Below, one piece after another: positions 61,101 through 64,000 of a DNA stretch of 64,000 nucleotides (the first letter of the stretch is position 1; every line of letters begins with the position of its first letter). Both the position numbers and the translations under genes were made by a program. Source of the DNA: Flavobacteriaceae bacterium (lineage in GTDB: Bacteria > Bacteroidota > Bacteroidia > Flavobacteriales > Flavobacteriaceae); NCBI GenBank assembly GCA_018608425.1, contig JABAZL010000167.1:18611-82610 (forward strand), written 5' to 3'. The notes beneath the pieces were generated by a model that worked only from the letters and a program-made list of their open reading frames with translations, was not told the origin of the DNA and ran no database searches.

Positions 61101-61377
61101 ATTTAAAATTACCTTGATTAAGGTAGAGTTTGTTTCCAACAATATTCCCAGTAAAGAAAAGATCTAAAAGGCCGTCATTATTAATATCACCTACTGCAAC
61201 ACCAGCACCATTATAGAAGTTTCTATAGGTATAGGGGTTGAATTCTTCGGTGTAGGTTAATTTATTAATAAAACCTATTCCGGTATGATCGGAAGTTTTT
61301 TTTATAAATAAAGCTCCTGAATTAGAGGTGCAACCTATGCAAAAAAGAAGAAGTAAAGACACTATGAAACAGCGCAT
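58123..61377 (-). CDS. FG-GAP/VCBS repeat + ASPIC/UnbV lipoprotein A
   Basis: Lipobox CIGC, FYNGAGVAVGDINNDGL, TEWSW, YADLDNDGDLDL, KGFQSS...HLGIG...VIWPDG. Confidence 0.9.
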   Translation of the reverse strand: MRCFIVSLLLLFCIGCTSNSGALFIKKTSDHTGIGFINKLTYTEEFNPYTYRNFYNGAGVAVGDINNDGLLDLFFTGNIVGNKLYLNQGNFKFKDITVSAGVGCEEVWSSGSTFVDLNHDGFLDLYVCKSGKPGGAQRNNELFINNGDLTFTESSKAYGLDIIGLSVQAAFFDADRDGDLDCYLLNNSIRSVGGYDLIKDQRTIPDANNNGNKFLINDNGVFKDNSAEANIYSSAIGFGLGITLSDFNNDTWPDLFISNDFFERDYYYLNNQKGGFTEQVEEHFTALSKGSMGADAADLDNDLRSDLIVTEMLPVSLKRKKTKAIYDSWDKYQLQINNGYYHQFPRNVLQRNTEAGFFEISRMSDLAATEWSWASLIFDMDNDGLKDVFISNGIYKDLLDRDYLNHMANEESVRMMIKNDDQVIKNLIDIMPSQAVANKAFKNEGDFRFTDMESAWGFDEPTFSNGSAYADLDNDGDLDLIINNVNIPAFVYENTLDTLAHRSLQVQFKSTTQNTSLIGTKIIAYTQSRSPLVAEHFPSKGFQSSVPHRVHLGIGNQKRIDSLQVIWPDGTVETFFDLASNKLQTLSPSENRGVYQPVSSAKEKLVFVQTKAFAYKHNENNYVDFNRERLIPQMNSNLGPALAVADINNDGIDDVFIGGAKNQTAVLQLSNSDGGYDVVSVPFEKTKRSEVVDAAFFDPDNDGDLDLILAHGGRAFSKFSPLLDDAFYENIDGQFYHRKGVIPSTRSISTGAVATQDFNLDGYDDIFIGEQFKEMIYGTLGDGFLFQSNGKGTFIEVPQPAFKNLGIITDAQWMDYNGDEWPDLVVVGEWMSIRVFLNFKGIFSEVKPKGLEKTRGLWNVLEIADVDGDGKKDLIAGNIGENNFFEEGMKMFVSDFDSNGSVEQIICFKRGEAYVPVLDKDELIAQIPALKKNMVYYEDYGKRSISEILGEARINSALQMEIDSRKTTVFLRKDEGFEAIAIPLEAQYSSVYAIQVSDVNEDGAADVLFGGNQYNVKPQFGRHDASSGLLVLGSLNKGMLEFKKKIFLNVKGQIRAIKSLKNINKQLYIFAKNNEEIEFYEKID

Positions 61378-61400
61378 TATTATTTTTTGAATAAAGTAAT

Positions 61401-61438
61401 AAAAAAAAGGTTACCCATGAAACATGGGTAACCTTTTT
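61401..61438. terminator. Strong bidirectional hairpin between susD and the VCBS genes
   Basis: AAAAAGGTTACCCATG-AAA-CATGGGTAACCTTTTT with T tracts on both strands. Confidence 0.85.
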
Positions 61439-61457
61439 AAGAATTTTAACTAAAAAC

Positions 61458-63134
61458 TTAGTATCCTGTGTTTTGACTTAATGAACCGTTAGATGCATTA
61501 ATGGCATCCAATGGAATTGGCATTAAGTTTTTATACGCAGGAGAATTTGTAGAACCTGTTCCTGAATCAACTCCTGCTGTCCATTTGTTAAAACGGATCT
61601 GATCTGTTCTTCGATTTGACTCTTGGAACATCTCTCTTCCTCTTTCAGCTAAGAAAGAATCAGCATCTAGAGATGTTAAATCTGTAGCTCCTGCTCTTCT
61701 TCTGATGATGTTAACATCATCAAGGGCCAAACTCCAATTTGAGTTCAAACGAGCATTAGCCTCTGCACGTACTAGGTACATATCACCTAAACGAATGATT
61801 GGATAATCATTTGACATATCAGGACGACCAAATTGCTTCATACTGAATTTCCCTAAACGAGCTCCTGCTTCACGTGTTCCGTTTGGATAAATTCCACCCG
61901 TATTTGCTGGCGTATAATTTAACAAGATGTCTGAGTCATCAGCTGCGTAATCGTTTAAATTTAAACCATTAAATGTCTTTTGCTCTCCTTGTATAAAGTT
62001 AGATTCTTTACGTTTATCTGAAGAATCATATGAATTATAAAATTCTTCTAAAGATGCGTATCCATTCCATGGTTGCGCTGTGAAGTTCCAGGTAAATTGA
62101 CTACCATAATGTAAAGACATCATAGCGAAATTCATACCTCCTGCAGTTACATCATCATATTCTATACTCCAAATAAATTCAGGATTAGATTCATTATTAG
62201 CTGCAAACATAGCTGCATATCCTTCTAAATCGGTATACGTGTAAATATTTCCTGGTTCAACATCTGGGACACTATTAACATTCAATCGTCCTAAATTAGG
62301 AACTGTAAAATCCGAGGTTCGTCCGGCAGATGCTACAGAATACGATGCTGCAGTTGCAAGAGAGTACATCGTTCCATTTTCAATCACATAATCAGCAGCA
62401 GCATGAGCAGCAGCATACATCGCTGTCCCCACATAAGCTTCTGCATTTAAATACAATTTAGATAATAATCCCAATGCACCAAATGCACTTACTCTGTAAG
62501 GGTTTTGATCTGATCCAAAATCAGTTGGAGCATCGCCTGCAATAACCCCGGCACGAGTTAATCCTAAAGCAGATAATAATTCAGTCTCAACAAAGGTGAA
62601 TACTTCAGCACGTGTAGATTGAGCAACATCGGTATCTGGAGCAACCACAAGTTTTACATTTCCATAAATGTCAAGTAATCTTTGGTAGAAAAATGCTCTT
62701 AATACACGTAATTGCTTTGCATCGGCCTCCTTAGGACTTGCTGCTAAAGCTTCGTTTATAGCATTAATAGCTCCGTACTGTTGATTCCAAGTTCCAGTAA
62801 TAAAGGCGTTATTCGCTAGGAAATCATGTTTATGAAGATCAATTAAGATTCCTCCATCATACCAGTCACCTCCTTTTGTAGCAATCCAAGCTTCATCACT
62901 TGATATTGTTTGAAGGCTAAAAATACCTCCATGACCAGCAGAACCATCTCTTAATTTAGAGTATGGACCACCAAGTGCGTCACTAGATCCTCCTGCCCCA
63001 CCAGATGATGCTGCTGGGTTTTGTTCTGAATAAGCTTCAGTTATTTCGCCGACTAGTACCTCGTCGAGGTCAGTACAGGCGTAAAAAGACACGCATGCTC
63101 CTAAGATTAGCGATAGTGTTTTTAAACTTTTCAT
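61458..63134 (-). CDS. susD: SusD/RagB nutrient-binding lipoprotein
   Basis: Lipobox FYAC-TDLDE, LRAFFY..L.D.YGNV, IRLGDMYLVRAEA, ERGREM..E..RR.D.IRF, PIP...QNTGY. Confidence 0.93.
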   Translation of the reverse strand: MKSLKTLSLILGACVSFYACTDLDEVLVGEITEAYSEQNPAASSGGAGGSSDALGGPYSKLRDGSAGHGGIFSLQTISSDEAWIATKGGDWYDGGILIDLHKHDFLANNAFITGTWNQQYGAINAINEALAASPKEADAKQLRVLRAFFYQRLLDIYGNVKLVVAPDTDVAQSTRAEVFTFVETELLSALGLTRAGVIAGDAPTDFGSDQNPYRVSAFGALGLLSKLYLNAEAYVGTAMYAAAHAAADYVIENGTMYSLATAASYSVASAGRTSDFTVPNLGRLNVNSVPDVEPGNIYTYTDLEGYAAMFAANNESNPEFIWSIEYDDVTAGGMNFAMMSLHYGSQFTWNFTAQPWNGYASLEEFYNSYDSSDKRKESNFIQGEQKTFNGLNLNDYAADDSDILLNYTPANTGGIYPNGTREAGARLGKFSMKQFGRPDMSNDYPIIRLGDMYLVRAEANARLNSNWSLALDDVNIIRRRAGATDLTSLDADSFLAERGREMFQESNRRTDQIRFNKWTAGVDSGTGSTNSPAYKNLMPIPLDAINASNGSLSQNTGY

Positions 63135-63152
63135 ATTATATTATTTTTAAAA

Positions 63153-64000
63153 TTAAAATTTGATGTTAACTCCCAATGTGAAAGTTTTTGAGAAGAAATA
63201 ATTATTTCTTCTATCGATACCTGGAGCCAAAACATTAGCCTGGTTATTAGCATCTCCATTTGCTGCTTCACCCGTATCAATTAAAGATGGTTCTGGATCA
63301 GTTCCTGTATAGTCAGAAATAACAAATAAGTTTTGACCACTCAAAGAAACTAGAAGGTTATCAATACCTGATATAGAACTTACGTCAATGTTACGGGTAA
63401 CAGTAAGGTTGTCTAGTTTTAAGAAATCAGCTTTTTCAACATATAATGAGCTAAACTGTGGCTGAGTAAGTAATGGATCTGCATACTTGGTGTTTACCAG
63501 GTTATACGATCCTTGTGTAGCAACTCTTGGTTCATAGAAAGCTCTGAATGAGTTAACCAAAGAGTGACCAAATGCACCTCTAAAGAATGCGTTTACAGTC
63601 CAATTTCCAAAAGCAAGTTGGTTTGTCCAACCTAATTCAAGGTCAGGAATACCATTACCTAATACAGCATAATCTGCATCTGGATTTGTTCCTTGGTCAC
63701 CACCAGTAATAAGATTACCATCAGGAACGATATCAACAAAACCTTGAGTACCTCCAGTTACAGTTCCGTCCCAAACAGGACCCCATATATCGCCTATTTC
63801 GTCTCCGACTTTAACTTTGATCATGTTGGTTCCGTTTTGACCTGGAGCACCTAAACTACCGCTGGTTGTTAAACCATCTATTATGTATTTTTCTAAAGTA
63901 GTCTTGTAACTAGCTAAAACTACACCAGCTGTGTACGAGAAGTCTGAAGAATTTATTATGTCATAATTTAAGGCTAACTCAAATCCTGTTGTTTTGATCT
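63153..64000 (-). CDS. susC: SusC/RagA TonB-dependent transporter, C-terminal part (5' partial)
   Basis: Same frame at the window edge (IKTTGFELALNYD); GNGIPD, YVEKADFLKLDNL, QNLFVISDYTGTDPE, terminal GVNIKF. Confidence 0.93.
   Translation of the reverse strand, partial: IKTTGFELALNYDIINSSDFSYTAGVVLASYKTTLEKYIIDGLTTSGSLGAPGQNGTNMIKVKVGDEIGDIWGPVWDGTVTGGTQGFVDIVPDGNLITGGDQGTNPDADYAVLGNGIPDLELGWTNQLAFGNWTVNAFFRGAFGHSLVNSFRAFYEPRVATQGSYNLVNTKYADPLLTQPQFSSLYVEKADFLKLDNLTVTRNIDVSSISGIDNLLVSLSGQNLFVISDYTGTDPEPSLIDTGEAANGDANNQANVLAPGIDRRNNYFFSKTFTLGVNIKF

Overview
AT-rich, very densely coded chromosome segment from a member of the Flavobacteriaceae (Bacteroidota), probably a streamlined marine lineage. 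The taxonomy is inferred from gene families, gene order and repeated TAnnTTTG promoter boxes. Bases 1-47.1 kb are mostly core genes: a 3'-truncated T9SS-type reprolysin metalloprotease missing from the ORF track, ribF, serS, rsmA, mgtE, lysC, pdxJ, nadK-porG-uppS-bamA-skp-skp-murI, nfuA, tsaB, a MacAB-TolC-like exporter, an aa3 oxidase subunit III/IV and assembly cluster, tonB, gcvH, sprA, ruvA and maeB. Bases 47.2-64 kb are an accessory minus-strand locus with no CAZyme in the visible part: susC (partial), susD, three ~1,085-aa FG-GAP/VCBS + ASPIC/UnbV lipoproteins, an unknown lipoprotein, a vanadium-dependent haloperoxidase resembling the Zobellia iodoperoxidase, and an MFS sugar-type permease. 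It is followed by a ~250-nt structured leader (uORF, terminator, tandem hairpins) and the apparent scar of a second, collapsed module, where the 5' end of a susC is joined to the 3' two-thirds of a paralogue of the unknown lipoprotein. SprA carries an unusual ~78-aa heptad-repeat insertion. No rRNA, tRNA, CRISPR array or transposase was recognised. All family assignments come from motif recognition by eye; no database searches were run.
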